Virus record (IMG/VR): IMGVR_UViG_3300035701_000016
Span: 11,104 to 75,103 of that record
Reading direction: 5' to 3' (one strand)
Length of the DNA: 64,000 bases
Source of the DNA: a virus
Below, in pieces: positions 1 to 9,772 of the stretch. Below the pieces are notes generated by a model. The model made no database searches, was not told the origin of the DNA, and saw nothing but the letters and a program-made list of their open reading frames with translations. The translations under genes and the position numbers were made by a program. Position 1 is the first letter of the stretch, and each line of letters begins with the position of its first letter.

Positions 1-120
1 AGCCACTTCGGATACCTTGGGAATCTCCACGATGCCGTTGCTGAATATGGTTCTACCATCTTTGGTGTTGATCAGGTAGGTTATGAAATATCTTCTCTTA
101 TCTCCGTTATTGCTGCTCAT
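1..120 (-). CDS. hypothetical protein, truncated by window edge
   Basis: ATG at 120 overlaps the stop of the MazG-like gene (ATGA coupling); frame MSSNNGDKRRYFITYL... stays open to base 1. Confidence 0.6.
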   Translation of the reverse strand, partial: MSSNNGDKRRYFITYLINTKDGRTIFSNGIVEIPKVSEVA

Positions 121-578
121 GTTAGATCTATTTCTCCTGTTTTCTCCAAATATTCGATTATAAGATTCTCTGCTTCCAAAGCATTCTTTGGATACTTATT
201 TCCATTACCTACGGTACGACATTCGGCTAGAAGCTGCTTTACCTCCATCAGTACTTCCACTGAGGGATCCATCAAACCTGAACCAGGAGTCTTCAGCCAC
301 ATTTTCCATTTGAGAGAAGATATCGGATCACCATCCTCGGCTACACCTGCCATGATCAACATCATGATCGCATCACCCAGTTCTTCTTGAAGTTTTTTAT
401 TATTTACTTCTTTGTGATCATCAGGATTGTTACGAACCCATCCGCCCATCTGAGCTAATTTTATCTCATAAGCTTCTGCAATCTCGGTATGAGCCCACAT
501 CATAGCTTCCTGAAAATTGGGTTTCTTGAGTTGCCTCAACTCCCAGTACTTCTTAATCATTTCAGTTAAAGAATCCAT
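117..578 (-). CDS. MazG-like NTP pyrophosphohydrolase
   Basis: EIAE...EELGD (ExxE / EExxD) acidic motifs of the all-alpha NTP-PPase superfamily. Confidence 0.7.
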   Translation of the reverse strand: MDSLTEMIKKYWELRQLKKPNFQEAMMWAHTEIAEAYEIKLAQMGGWVRNNPDDHKEVNNKKLQEELGDAIMMLIMAGVAEDGDPISSLKWKMWLKTPGSGLMDPSVEVLMEVKQLLAECRTVGNGNKYPKNALEAENLIIEYLEKTGEIDLT

Positions 579-690
579 ATACTACTCCTATTAGCTTTAC
601 CACAGCCCAAACTATGAGAATGACTAATGCCCAAGATCCGATCAATCCGAATGACCAAACTAGACAAATATCCCAGCGAAAATTCTTCAT
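562..690 (-). CDS. small membrane protein (42 aa)
   Basis: Read manually: MKNFRWDICLVWSFGLIGSWALVILIVWAVVKLIGVVYGFFN; one hydrophobic span; fills the gap between genes. Confidence 0.5.
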   Translation of the reverse strand: MKNFRWDICLVWSFGLIGSWALVILIVWAVVKLIGVVYGFFN

Positions 691-836
691 GAAAACCTAC
701 CTTGCACCAACTAACAAAACCGAAGCAAAATAGGGTACTGTGGCATTCTAAATGCCCCTACGAGGCACTACAACGTTCGACAACAAACGCCCTACGTTTA
801 CCCATACTAGGTCGCCTTGGGCAAAGAATTACAGAA

Positions 837-1157
837 CTATAATAACCTTCTCATTTCCTTTGAAGACTTGATCTTAGACTTACTTTTCTTCTTGCCAGGA
901 TTTACGGGAATATGATGATAAGGATTGCAACAGACACTAGTCTCACAAGTATGCACAAGATCAAATCCATGAGGAATAGGTCCAACGGTAAGCTCATAAG
1001 CGAGTCTGTTACCCGCCATGAGCTTACCGTTGACTGCTACCGAGCCTATTCTGGTATGACTTCCACTCCAGGATATCCAAGGCCAACACTTGTCCTTATC
1101 CTGGACATAGATGTGTCTCCAAAATCTACGGATTTCCTGCTCGGTCATCTGGATCAT
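837..1157 (-). CDS. HNH homing endonuclease-like protein (His-Cys box type)
   Basis: RFW...CWPW...NRLAYEL.VGPIP...VHTCE..VCCNPYH; paralogous to 3367 and 5286 but shorter. Confidence 0.75.
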   Translation of the reverse strand: MIQMTEQEIRRFWRHIYVQDKDKCWPWISWSGSHTRIGSVAVNGKLMAGNRLAYELTVGPIPHGFDLVHTCETSVCCNPYHHIPVNPGKKKSKSKIKSSKEMRRLL

Positions 1158-1396
1158 TTTGCTACGGGATTTACCTCGATCAAAAACTTTTCCATAGATA
1201 TTTCATCATATCCAGGCTTGGATCTATTCCACATGAAGATCCTTTCTCCTACCGAGAGGAAGACTGGAATTACCAAAGCATAATTCCAACCTTCGTTGTT
1301 GGCAACGACTTCGATATGCTGGAGAAGATCCAGTACGGGATCGACTACTTCAACAATCTTATAATCTTTCTTTTCAGGAACTGGTGAATGATTCAT
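1154..1396 (-). CDS. hypothetical protein
   Basis: ORF translationally coupled to both neighbours. Confidence 0.55.
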   Translation of the reverse strand: MNHSPVPEKKDYKIVEVVDPVLDLLQHIEVVANNEGWNYALVIPVFLSVGERIFMWNRSKPGYDEISMEKFLIEVNPVAK

Positions 1397-1779
1397 TTCT
1401 TGTATCCTTTGGAGGAAAAATATCCTAGAATGATTATGAATATTACCATTAGACAGACTAATCCCAATGGTAGAAACCAGTCAGGAATGTAATACCAGAT
1501 GTTGGGATTTCCACCGCCAGTATCTGGTAAAGTTTCTACAGCATTACCGGCATCATCACCTTTCGGACCAGCTTTTCCTCCCTTACGAGGAGGAACCTTA
1601 ATGCCATCAATCACGGTAGGAGTGGTGACTGGTTCTACCGTATCCGTCGGAGATGGAGGAGAAACTGTATCTGTAGGAGGAATTGCTGTCTCTGTAGGTT
1701 CAGGTGGTGGAGGACAATTCACTACTGCCATGCCGAGCAAGGCTAAAACAAATATGAGTACAAATGAAACTCTTAACAT
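1393..1779 (-). CDS. Pro/Thr-rich surface protein with LPXTG sortase-type sorting signal
   Basis: N-terminal signal/TM (MLRVSFVLIFVLALLGMAVV), PT-rich stalk, LPDTG, hydrophobic helix, basic tail SKGYKK. Confidence 0.7.
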   Translation of the reverse strand: MLRVSFVLIFVLALLGMAVVNCPPPPEPTETAIPPTDTVSPPSPTDTVEPVTTPTVIDGIKVPPRKGGKAGPKGDDAGNAVETLPDTGGGNPNIWYYIPDWFLPLGLVCLMVIFIIILGYFSSKGYKK

Positions 1780-1780
1780 A

Positions 1781-2671
1781 TTACTTTCCCCATTCTGTGT
1801 GAAATACACACTCTTCTTTTCTTTTATCTTCTCTTAGCCAGCCACGTTTTTGATCAATGGCTGGATGACGTAAGGCTCCGGTAGAGAATCTTACCTTACC
1901 GTAGACTTTCATTACACGACCCATGAGCTGATCACGATTTGCCCAGACCCAGGCTCTCAAACCATCATCAAATCCACCTCCTACAGTACAGACTGGTGTT
2001 AAAGAACCGTTGATATAAAGACCGCCAATGATGGATCCCAGGGTTCCGTCAAGTCTATTCTTGCCTTCGTTAAATCCAATTATAACATAGTCCATGTCGA
2101 CTTCTTTCTTCATTCTACCGAGGGACATTCCTGGGGAAAGAAAGTCACTTTCCTTCTTCCAGACAATTCCTTCGAATCCATCCTCAATATTTACCATGGA
2201 ATTCCAGATCTCATCAAATTCCTCTAATTTCCAGTTGTTTATTGCCATAAAAATTTGACCGAGATTTTTGCCTTCTCTCTCAATGAAATCTGCTATCATA
2301 ATATTTCTAGCACTAAGACAGTGAATACTTACCACTATTCCATCAATCTCAAATGCATCAAATATTATAAATTTTCCTTTTCTACCAGGTTTCTGAGACC
2401 AGTTTGTTCCGTACATCCATTCGCACAAGAACAGAGATGTACCCCTATAGTCAACATTCTGAGCAAGACGAATGTCACCACCTGAGGTCATTACTCTCAT
2501 TATGCCATCGCAGAAATCAACAAGAGTAAACCAACCGTCATATTTGAGTTGAAATGTATCATAAGTAAGTGAGAGATGGATCAGATGCTGTATGGATACA
2601 TCTGGTTCTATATCTTGCATAGACATCTTGTATGTCCCCAACAGTTCTCTTAACTGATCTTCAGTTCTCAT
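1781..2671 (-). CDS. ATP-dependent DNA ligase
   Basis: KYDG adenylation motif I, IIFD, EGIVWK, RMK, OB domain with VGGGF...LRHP. Confidence 0.85.
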   Translation of the reverse strand: MRTEDQLRELLGTYKMSMQDIEPDVSIQHLIHLSLTYDTFQLKYDGWFTLVDFCDGIMRVMTSGGDIRLAQNVDYRGTSLFLCEWMYGTNWSQKPGRKGKFIIFDAFEIDGIVVSIHCLSARNIMIADFIEREGKNLGQIFMAINNWKLEEFDEIWNSMVNIEDGFEGIVWKKESDFLSPGMSLGRMKKEVDMDYVIIGFNEGKNRLDGTLGSIIGGLYINGSLTPVCTVGGGFDDGLRAWVWANRDQLMGRVMKVYGKVRFSTGALRHPAIDQKRGWLREDKRKEECVFHTEWGK

Positions 2672-3201
2672 TTTAGCATCTCCAGCATTCTCTTGAATAA
2701 CCTCATGGTAAGCATAGCATCAACATGAGCACCATGTAATTCATCTCTGCTATATTGTATTCTCAATGATTCGCAGGCATCTGATAGAGTTAACCATCTC
2801 TTTGATCCAGTAACGTATTGAAGATACTGCATTACGTCGATGACCAGGACAGGAGCCAGATATCTCTTCAACTCTTTGAATCTGTAGGAGGATTGGTTCA
2901 ATACCCTCAGATCAAAATGGACATTATATCCTAACACAATATTTTCTCCGACGAGCTTACCGGTTATATATGACCAGAAGTAGCGAATATCTCTGCATCT
3001 TACCACCATCTCATCGGTTATGTGGTGGATATGAGAGACCTCTTCCGATATAGGATCTACCGGTTTTATCAACTCATTGAAGATAAGTCTCTCATCCCAC
3101 GATACCACAGCCAATTGGATAACCTCAGCCTGAGAATCAATTCCGGTAGTCTCAGTGTCTATGAAAACTATTTTATCCGTATTGAGATAGAAAGGAATCA
3201 T
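2668..3201 (-). CDS. DEDDh 3'-5' exonuclease (DnaQ-like)
   Basis: IDTETTG, YNVHFD, HGAHVDA exonuclease motifs I-III. Confidence 0.9.
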   Translation of the reverse strand: MIPFYLNTDKIVFIDTETTGIDSQAEVIQLAVVSWDERLIFNELIKPVDPISEEVSHIHHITDEMVVRCRDIRYFWSYITGKLVGENIVLGYNVHFDLRVLNQSSYRFKELKRYLAPVLVIDVMQYLQYVTGSKRWLTLSDACESLRIQYSRDELHGAHVDAMLTMRLFKRMLEMLK

Positions 3202-3353
3202 TTGCCCTCCTTGCTAGGCGGGGCATTCGCATAAAGTGCTTTCTGTTGATCTTGTGCATCCTTACGAGTAGGATGAGTTCCATAAACTTTTCCGGTATCT
3301 GGATTATAGACTATCCATTTTCCTGTTTTTAATTTCTTAATATTATATGGCAT
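3198..3353 (-). CDS. small basic phage protein
   Basis: MPYNIKK...GKVYGTHPTRKDAQDQQKALYAN; start placed at MPY behind GAGGA. Confidence 0.55.
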   Translation of the reverse strand: MPYNIKKLKTGKWIVYNPDTGKVYGTHPTRKDAQDQQKALYANAPPSKEGK

Positions 3354-3366
3354 GATAATATCCTCG

Positions 3367-3867
3367 CTATAGGAATGAAAAATTATGAGGTGTGAGGTCA
3401 ACTGATCTTATCCATTCTCCGGTATTGCAAGAATATGCAATCATAGATCGGTATAATCCTGTACTGGTAGAAGCTTCATTTATAGAATTGAATATATCTC
3501 CTGTAACATTATCTAACACTTTCTTTCTTTTTCCTCCGTTATGATGAATTTTTCCTCTGGCTCTTCCTTTACTAACCATATCCTGACCATTATCTTTTTG
3601 GGTTCCCGGAAATAGGTGATTGGGATTAACACAACAAGGATTATCACATTTGTGAAGAATACCTTTTCTTTCTGGTATAATTCCTACATATATTTGATAT
3701 GATATTCTATGAGCATAATCTCTATAACCTCTGAAGTAGAATTGACCATATCCTGCTCTAGTTCTGCCACCAGACCATTCCCAGCACTCATCGTCATCTT
3801 TCCTCACAAATTTTTGCTCGAAATTCAAAACGTCAATAACTAAAATATCATACATTTTATTAGTCAT
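3367..3867 (-). CDS. HNH homing endonuclease with C-terminal NUMOD1-like DNA-binding motif
   Basis: CWEW...AHRISY...LHKCDNPCCVNPNHLFPGTQKDN; tail KVLDNVTGDIFNSINEAS. Confidence 0.9.
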   Translation of the reverse strand: MTNKMYDILVIDVLNFEQKFVRKDDDECWEWSGGRTRAGYGQFYFRGYRDYAHRISYQIYVGIIPERKGILHKCDNPCCVNPNHLFPGTQKDNGQDMVSKGRARGKIHHNGGKRKKVLDNVTGDIFNSINEASTSTGLYRSMIAYSCNTGEWIRSVDLTPHNFSFL

Positions 3868-4222
3868 TTCCTCCTTTATTCCCCATGTTTAGAGTTATCA
3901 TTGCCGAGAACTGTTCAGATGCAGATGAATTTTCATTGAAAGCTTTCATGACTATAGCCTGAAGATTTTCTACAGCCTCTGCTATATATTTCTGATCTGG
4001 CAATTCGGCTAGAAACAGGGCTTGAGCTATCATAGAGGCAATACCGATCATACAGATATTGCCATAGCAGTTGTCGGAAAGAAGTTGTACTCTCTCCAGA
4101 AGTATTTCTCTGGACTCAATAAATATATTCATGGATTTTACCATGTCTTCAGGAGATATTCCGAAGGAAGCTCCTGCATCTACCCATTCTTGCTCTAGAT
4201 TCTTTCTTTCGAATTCGTTCAT
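3860..4222 (-). CDS. hypothetical protein
   Basis: 120-aa ORF with AAGGAG Shine-Dalgarno. Confidence 0.65.
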   Translation of the reverse strand: MNEFERKNLEQEWVDAGASFGISPEDMVKSMNIFIESREILLERVQLLSDNCYGNICMIGIASMIAQALFLAELPDQKYIAEAVENLQAIVMKAFNENSSASEQFSAMITLNMGNKGGND

Positions 4223-4252
4223 TTTAACTCCTTACTAACAGATTTGTTACAG

Positions 4253-4326
4253 TGTCCCCGGTGAGACTCGAACTCACAACCTACAGATTAGAAGTCTGTT
4301 GATCTATCCAGTTGATCTACAAGGAC
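4253..4326 (-). tRNA. tRNA-Arg (anticodon UCU)
   Basis: GTCCTTG/CGGGGAC acceptor stem, D arm GATC-AACTGGATA-GATC, anticodon arm ACAGA-CTTCTAA-TCTGT, T arm GTGAG-TTCGAGT-CTCAC; CCA not encoded. Confidence 0.92.
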
Positions 4327-4385
4327 AAACCGGTTACTACGCACTTGACAGCCTATGCACCGGAAACAGTCAGTTGGGCATTAAC

Positions 4386-4973
4386 CTAAGTATTACACTT
4401 AGGATTTAACGAGTTAGGGCAGGCATCTGGAAACATCTGTATGTTGATAGAGTCCAGTATTTCCTGATTGAGATCATTGACATCAGTTATCGGTAGATAG
4501 AGAAGACTAATAAGACCAGGATTCTTGGTGACGGCAGCAAGACCTACAACTATAATCTTGTATCCATTTCCCGGAGATTGTAGAACCTCCTTGAATCTTT
4601 CTGCCAATTCATTGCTTACTCTGAAGGCATAACCTGAGGATCCTTCCTTTAGCAAATGTCCAGTGGAATTGGCAAACATTACCGTCTTCTGCCCCTGTCC
4701 AGACTCCCAGAAATAAGCCCATCTTCCTAGTACTTCGCTGCGCATGGCAAAGTTACCAGGAACTCCCGTTCTTATGGCTTCAACTGCTTGCTCAATTTCT
4801 GCCTGAGATACTGCTCCTCTGGACTCCAGAAGTGGCTTGATTATAGGAGCACCAGCTCTTTCGACTTGAGTAAGCCCCTGCGAGCTTTCCTGAATGGCGG
4901 CACAACCTGTCGAAAGTAACAGGGTGATTAGCAGAGCTAATCTGAATACAAATGACACGTATTGCTGAATCAT
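4386..4973 (-). CDS. putative lipoprotein
   Basis: MIQQYVSFVFRLALLITLLLSTG-C: hydrophobic signal plus lipobox; start behind GGGAG. Confidence 0.6.
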   Translation of the reverse strand: MIQQYVSFVFRLALLITLLLSTGCAAIQESSQGLTQVERAGAPIIKPLLESRGAVSQAEIEQAVEAIRTGVPGNFAMRSEVLGRWAYFWESGQGQKTVMFANSTGHLLKEGSSGYAFRVSNELAERFKEVLQSPGNGYKIIVVGLAAVTKNPGLISLLYLPITDVNDLNQEILDSINIQMFPDACPNSLNPKCNT

Positions 4974-4974
4974 A

Positions 4975-5184
4975 TTAAGTCTCCCTTTTGTTGCTTGGAA
5001 TTTTGAATACCCACCTTCGGAAATCATCAAGAGTTTCAAACCCATGTTGTTTTCCTTGGTATGATGCCACGAAATATCTTTTGCCGTCTTTTCCTGTAAC
5101 TCGGACAGGGTTGAATAGAACTTCTATACTTTCACAATATCTTTCCAACTGACGTTTTCCCAACCTTTTCTTATGACTCTTCAT
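4975..5184 (-). CDS. small basic hypothetical protein
   Basis: GGAG Shine-Dalgarno; first gene after a sigma70-type promoter. Confidence 0.6.
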   Translation of the reverse strand: MKSHKKRLGKRQLERYCESIEVLFNPVRVTGKDGKRYFVASYQGKQHGFETLDDFRRWVFKIPSNKRET

Positions 5185-5247
5185 TATGTCTCCATACCCT
5201 AGTCGTTTTTATCCGGTATTATTTCAAACCTGTTTGGCTACAATTTT

Positions 5248-5276
5248 AGTGTAGCACTAATGAAGGTATTTTGCAA
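5248..5276 (-). promoter_or_regulatory. sigma70-type promoter
   Basis: TTGCAA-17 nt-TACACT with TG extension, followed by AAAATT as in the promoter at 20438. Confidence 0.65.
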
Positions 5277-5285
5277 TCATTTGAG

Positions 5286-5747
5286 TTAATCAATTTTTGG
5301 TCGGTTTACATCTGGTCTCTTATCTTTATTTCTCATCATGAAACCTAGATATGAACTGCTAACTCCATACTTCTTTCCCAAAGTATAGTAACTAATTCCT
5401 CCCCTAGAATATTCTTCAAGAATTTTCTCCAGCAAATCTTTGGATAAGGTAATAGATCTAAATTTTCTGCTCATGTCATCCATGTTATCCTGGTCAGTTC
5501 CCTTAAATAGATGATTGGGATTACAGCAAGAGTGATTATCACATTTGTGAAGAACGCATAGATTATCATCTATATCCTCTACATACCATTCATATACTAT
5601 TCTATTGCATCTAGCCATTTTCCCGTTAACTCTGAATAATCCGTATCCGTCGGTATTAGTTCCTAACCAGTTCCAACAATCATCAATTCCCCTAATATCT
5701 ACTTTTCTCCAGAATCTATCCAGATCATTCTGAGTCATGTCTATCAT
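5286..5747 (-). CDS. HNH homing endonuclease
   Basis: RFWRKV...CWNW...VLHKCDNHSCCNPNHLFKGTDQDN plus C-terminal HTH-like segment. Confidence 0.9.
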   Translation of the reverse strand: MIDMTQNDLDRFWRKVDIRGIDDCWNWLGTNTDGYGLFRVNGKMARCNRIVYEWYVEDIDDNLCVLHKCDNHSCCNPNHLFKGTDQDNMDDMSRKFRSITLSKDLLEKILEEYSRGGISYYTLGKKYGVSSSYLGFMMRNKDKRPDVNRPKID

Positions 5748-5757
5748 ATCTAATCTC

Positions 5758-8262
5758 CTACATGCGTACTCTGAATCTAATTTTAGTCATATCTTTTCCA
5801 GTGCTGGCAGAGAACTTCTCATCGAATTCAGCGTTAAAATCCTGCTCGAGACGAGATCTGAGAGTAGATAGATGTCTACCGAGAGCAACTGCATTTCTCC
5901 ATTTAAAGTCATTTCTTTGTGCAGATGCTATGCCTTGCAAGTATTGATATAATTCTTGATATGTATGCCATTGTTCTGCCTCATCTGGTCTTATTGATAT
6001 CCATTCCTCAAGAAAAGTTATTGCCTGAGAAGATTCCTTCAGCTGTCTTAGCTGAGCATCCACCATGCTAAGAAGTCCAAGATTTAGTTTCTCTCCATCT
6101 ACTGCGGTAGATGTTCTTATTCTGGCGCAGAATACATTAAAGTCAACCAACCTACTCTTGGTGGGAGGAAGAACTACTCTATTTTTCTTCAGATTAACAA
6201 TTACATCATTCAGTTTACGCATGATATCCGCCCAGATAGCCGGACCGAATTCTCGTATCTTTCTCTGTATGATATGTTCGGCTATGGGATTTTGTAGCTG
6301 TGCCATTTCAAGAACCAACAATCTGGAGAACAAAGTTTCATCACTGAATGGCATATTGACTGCGGTACATGCCACAAAACATCTAGGAATGATTGTGTGT
6401 TTGGCATTAGTCTTATATAGTTCTCTCAGCTCTATATTATTTCCCGTGGCTAGTTTATTAAGAATATCTACCATCCACCAGGACCCTGACTTCTCAAGAT
6501 TGTCCAATACTAACAGTCTGTGAGATGCTATGCTGGCTCTGAAAGCATCCTGCTTATCGGTAGGAATACCCAATACATCGGCGTCGGGATTTTCAAATAT
6601 TCTAAGAACTCTTCGTATAGCTGTAGTCTTTCCGCTACCGGCAGCTCCTAACATGCTGAGAATAGGTTTCGTTGGCATCAATTCCTGGAAGAAGAATGCT
6701 AGAAGCCATGCCTTCAATAACTCACGTTGCTCCTCAGGCTGAGACGGGGCTTCTATAGAGGATGTAAATGACAGATCATTAACTAGATAATCCCACGCAT
6801 CTATACGAGGAGCTGTAAAATCTGGAACCATATACTTGCCATTTTCATTGGTTATGAACATATAACCACATTCACCGTTATGACTTATTTCTACCTCATC
6901 TCCATCTAAAATATATACCTCAGGTCCTCCAAGATTTATGAATAATTTTGCACTCTCATCACTCCAGTAGGATCTATTCTGAACAGGAATTATGGGAGCT
7001 TCTCTGACTATTCTTAATCTCAATTCAGTAGTTACCAGTCTACTAAAACTATCGCACGGATTCATACCGAACATGCCGTTTAGAATAGATTTCCAGAACT
7101 CTGTTCCTTCCTGAGTTACGGTAAAATCCTTAGAATTATACCAGTAAGCATCATTGAAGTCAGTCTGAAATAGTTTACTACCCTCATCATTAAGAATACT
7201 CCATATCGTATTGCTGGCTAATCTGGCATTATCCAGCGGAGACTTTCCTGACGTATATCTAATCTCATCTATTTGTGCTACCGTATCTGGAGTTCTCATG
7301 CTGGAGGCTAACTCGGTTAATCTCTGCATGGCACTTACGGGAAGCATTTCTCCTAGACCCTGTCTACCTCTTACACTTTTTCCTTCGCTCAATTTCTGAA
7401 ACGTAGAATTTACTGTTTCATCCCTATTGTAGGGATCATCATCTCCAGCGGCTACCACAATCTTAGCAACGAGTTCTCTTACAGCATCTACACCCCATCC
7501 CTCGTGAGCAAGAAAACCGCTGAGAAACAATGCCATCTCATGGCGATTTCCTGATTTCCAGAATGGAGTAAGTAGCTGAATTAGTTGATCTGCTGCGGTA
7601 GGACCGGCTTCCGATACTACGGTAAGAGAATCCAAGGATGCACGAGACTGAAGAGATAATATGGGATCAAATTCAGGACCCTCTTCCCAACCATTGAAGG
7701 GATCTACGAACTTAGATCTTCTCTCAGTTCTAGCATGTATGCCCAGAGGAATCTTTAGAAGACTTCCCTTAGGACGAGCTTTGGATAGTTTGTCCTGTTT
7801 AGGAAAACATTCCACATGAGAGTCACCGATAGAAGAGTGACCCTCACGTTCTCGTATAGCATCAACTATCTTCTTAGCTTTGAAAGCTGGAACAGGTATA
7901 TCAAGAAATACCAGAACGTGATATCCTTTTCCTCCAGAGAATTCTACAGAATAAGGAACACGATCCAAATGCTTTATAATTGATAGAACTATGGCTCTTG
8001 CAACAGTTATATCTGTGCTATCTACATCCCAACCTATCCATTTTACTGCATCAGATCCCATCAGTAACTGGTAGGATCCTAGAATTATATTTCCCTCAAG
8101 ATGATTATGTATGTCGTTTAGACTTAACGACACCTCAATGGGAGAGTAGTAAATATCTTTCTCATGCCTGTTGCATCGTGCATGATAAGGATTTCCTCCG
8201 AATATCTCGAGAAGTAACTCTTCAACCTTCTGTGTGTTGGTTATCATCAGGATCCTCTGCAA
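5758..8262 (-). CDS. primase-helicase (AEP primase + P-loop NTPase)
   Basis: WDVD and SGGKGYH AEP motifs, LKIPLG, PriCT-like middle region, Walker A GAAGSGKT and LVLDN. Confidence 0.85.
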   Translation of the reverse strand: MQRILMITNTQKVEELLLEIFGGNPYHARCNRHEKDIYYSPIEVSLSLNDIHNHLEGNIILGSYQLLMGSDAVKWIGWDVDSTDITVARAIVLSIIKHLDRVPYSVEFSGGKGYHVLVFLDIPVPAFKAKKIVDAIREREGHSSIGDSHVECFPKQDKLSKARPKGSLLKIPLGIHARTERRSKFVDPFNGWEEGPEFDPILSLQSRASLDSLTVVSEAGPTAADQLIQLLTPFWKSGNRHEMALFLSGFLAHEGWGVDAVRELVAKIVVAAGDDDPYNRDETVNSTFQKLSEGKSVRGRQGLGEMLPVSAMQRLTELASSMRTPDTVAQIDEIRYTSGKSPLDNARLASNTIWSILNDEGSKLFQTDFNDAYWYNSKDFTVTQEGTEFWKSILNGMFGMNPCDSFSRLVTTELRLRIVREAPIIPVQNRSYWSDESAKLFINLGGPEVYILDGDEVEISHNGECGYMFITNENGKYMVPDFTAPRIDAWDYLVNDLSFTSSIEAPSQPEEQRELLKAWLLAFFFQELMPTKPILSMLGAAGSGKTTAIRRVLRIFENPDADVLGIPTDKQDAFRASIASHRLLVLDNLEKSGSWWMVDILNKLATGNNIELRELYKTNAKHTIIPRCFVACTAVNMPFSDETLFSRLLVLEMAQLQNPIAEHIIQRKIREFGPAIWADIMRKLNDVIVNLKKNRVVLPPTKSRLVDFNVFCARIRTSTAVDGEKLNLGLLSMVDAQLRQLKESSQAITFLEEWISIRPDEAEQWHTYQELYQYLQGIASAQRNDFKWRNAVALGRHLSTLRSRLEQDFNAEFDEKFSASTGKDMTKIRFRVRM

Positions 8263-8404
8263 TCCAGAAAAGAAAAGATGTTGGCATTTTCTCGAAATAC
8301 TCCCCGAGAGATATTATCTGCCCCTCCATCCCACAATAGGGGCATCGGTCATCGGTAGGAATAGTAACAAAGATGGAGAAACAGAAGGTGCAGATTACCA
8401 TCAT
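8222..8404 (-). CDS. small zinc-ribbon protein
   Basis: CTFC...CPYC; ATGA-coupled to the polymerase stop. Confidence 0.5.
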   Translation of the reverse strand: MMVICTFCFSIFVTIPTDDRCPYCGMEGQIISLGEYFEKMPTSFLFWIAEDPDDNQHTEG

Positions 8405-9021
8405 TCCTCCGAGTCTTCGTCGTCTATATCCTCAAATTCTGCATCTATGATATCATCTTTTTCTTCTGGCTCTTTCAGCCCTGCCTGTTCATCATGAATG
8501 AATGCTTGGAGAGGAATCTCTTTATCCTCCAGCAATGACTCTTTTGGAATCTTAAACATTTCTCCGTAGGAAGGTCCAACCTTGGCATCAGTAGCGAACG
8601 GTATACCCACCAGATCAGGAACCTGCATAATGGTAGATATATTCTTCGCATTGTAGATTATCTTATCCCAAGGAATTTCGGTAATAGTTTCGTCGTGTAC
8701 AAGACTGACAAGAGATGATCCTGGACTGTTCCCTATAATCCAATCAGTAACTCGTATAGCCGCAATTGACAGAAGGTCTGCACAACCTCCCTGAATGAGA
8801 GCGTTACAACCCTTGTAGCAATCTATAGGATTATCCTCTCTCCATATACGACCACTCCAGTATTTGACATATCCATCCATCTTGCAAGAATTTATGACCT
8901 CTGACATCCAGGGCTTTATTCTAGGAAACTGCGCCCAATATTGATCAGTTACCCTTGAAGCCTGCATTCTGTTCATATTCAATTTGTACATTAAACTACC
9001 GATTGTCATTCCATATATTAG
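8401..9021 (-). CDS. polA: family A DNA polymerase, exon 2
   Basis: LIYG (end of motif B), NALIQGGCAD, LVHDE (motif C). Confidence 0.9.
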   Translation of the reverse strand, partial: LIYGMTIGSLMYKLNMNRMQASRVTDQYWAQFPRIKPWMSEVINSCKMDGYVKYWSGRIWREDNPIDCYKGCNALIQGGCADLLSIAAIRVTDWIIGNSPGSSLVSLVHDETITEIPWDKIIYNAKNISTIMQVPDLVGIPFATDAKVGPSYGEMFKIPKESLLEDKEIPLQAFIHDEQAGLKEPEEKDDIIDAEFEDIDDEDSEE

Positions 9022-9772
9022 CATGTTGTTCACATCTTTCGATGTGCATGGACTATACCTTCAATTTGGTAAATCTTCCACTAGAGTCTACGCAACTGTG
9101 ATTAAGTTGATGACAACTTTTGCACAAGAGAGTAAGATTGGAGACGTCGTTATTTGCATGATCTCCATCCTCATGATGAACACACCATAAGTTAGTCATC
9201 TCAGGATCTGCAATTATTTCAGTCAAATCCTTTCCACAATATTCGCAGTTGAACTTTTCCATGGAAGACAACTTTATTTCGCGGAACTTTGTTACTCCGC
9301 CTTTCCAGTTGTTGTTGAGTTCTCCTGACTGATATCTACCAGTCATTCCTGTATAGGAAGAATCCGTAATATATCGTGGAAGACTACAAGTTTTACAGAT
9401 AACTTGCCAATATCTTACTGGTTTGAATTCATTTCCGCATCTTGAGCAAATAGCTGACTCGGGAGCTTTCTGATGGACTACTCTGCAGTTAGGACAATTT
9501 TTCACAGTTTGATAAGAAGGTACGAACATCTTGCCACATTTTCTGCATGATATTTCAGGGAATTTTCCATCAGAATCTAGTTTCATAACTTACCTCATGC
9601 TCGCTTGGTTATACCGATTGGTATCCCAGACCGTAACCGTTCTGGTTACGCTGTGAGTCTCTGAACCATTTATTCTCATTCCTGAGAATTCTGGCTGCTG
9701 ATTGCCATGCGACTTGTCGTTTAGGTTTCCAGCAATTGAGCGAGTTTTATTTTGGCCTGACTTTACAGGTTG
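9022..9772 (-). mobile_element. group I self-splicing intron in the DNA polymerase gene
   Basis: 5' exon ends TTTGGT and pairs with GCCAAA (U.G at splice site); P AATTGCTGGAAA, Q AATCAGCAGC, R GGTTCAGAGACT, S AAGGTATAGTCC, P9 CACATC-GAAA-GATGTG, terminal G; splicing restores KTISFG|LIYG. Confidence 0.92.
9053..9586 (-). CDS. intron-encoded HNH homing endonuclease with N-terminal zinc fingers
   Basis: Multiple CxxC pairs, NNNWKGG, CEYCG...VHHEDGDHANNDVSNLTLLCKSCH; stop codon lies in the intron S element. Confidence 0.9.
   Translation of the reverse strand: MKLDSDGKFPEISCRKCGKMFVPSYQTVKNCPNCRVVHQKAPESAICSRCGNEFKPVRYWQVICKTCSLPRYITDSSYTGMTGRYQSGELNNNWKGGVTKFREIKLSSMEKFNCEYCGKDLTEIIADPEMTNLWCVHHEDGDHANNDVSNLTLLCKSCHQLNHSCVDSSGRFTKLKV

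Noticed and set aside
695-836. Possible structured RNA in the intergenic gap
   Set aside because: No convincing stems or known motif by eye
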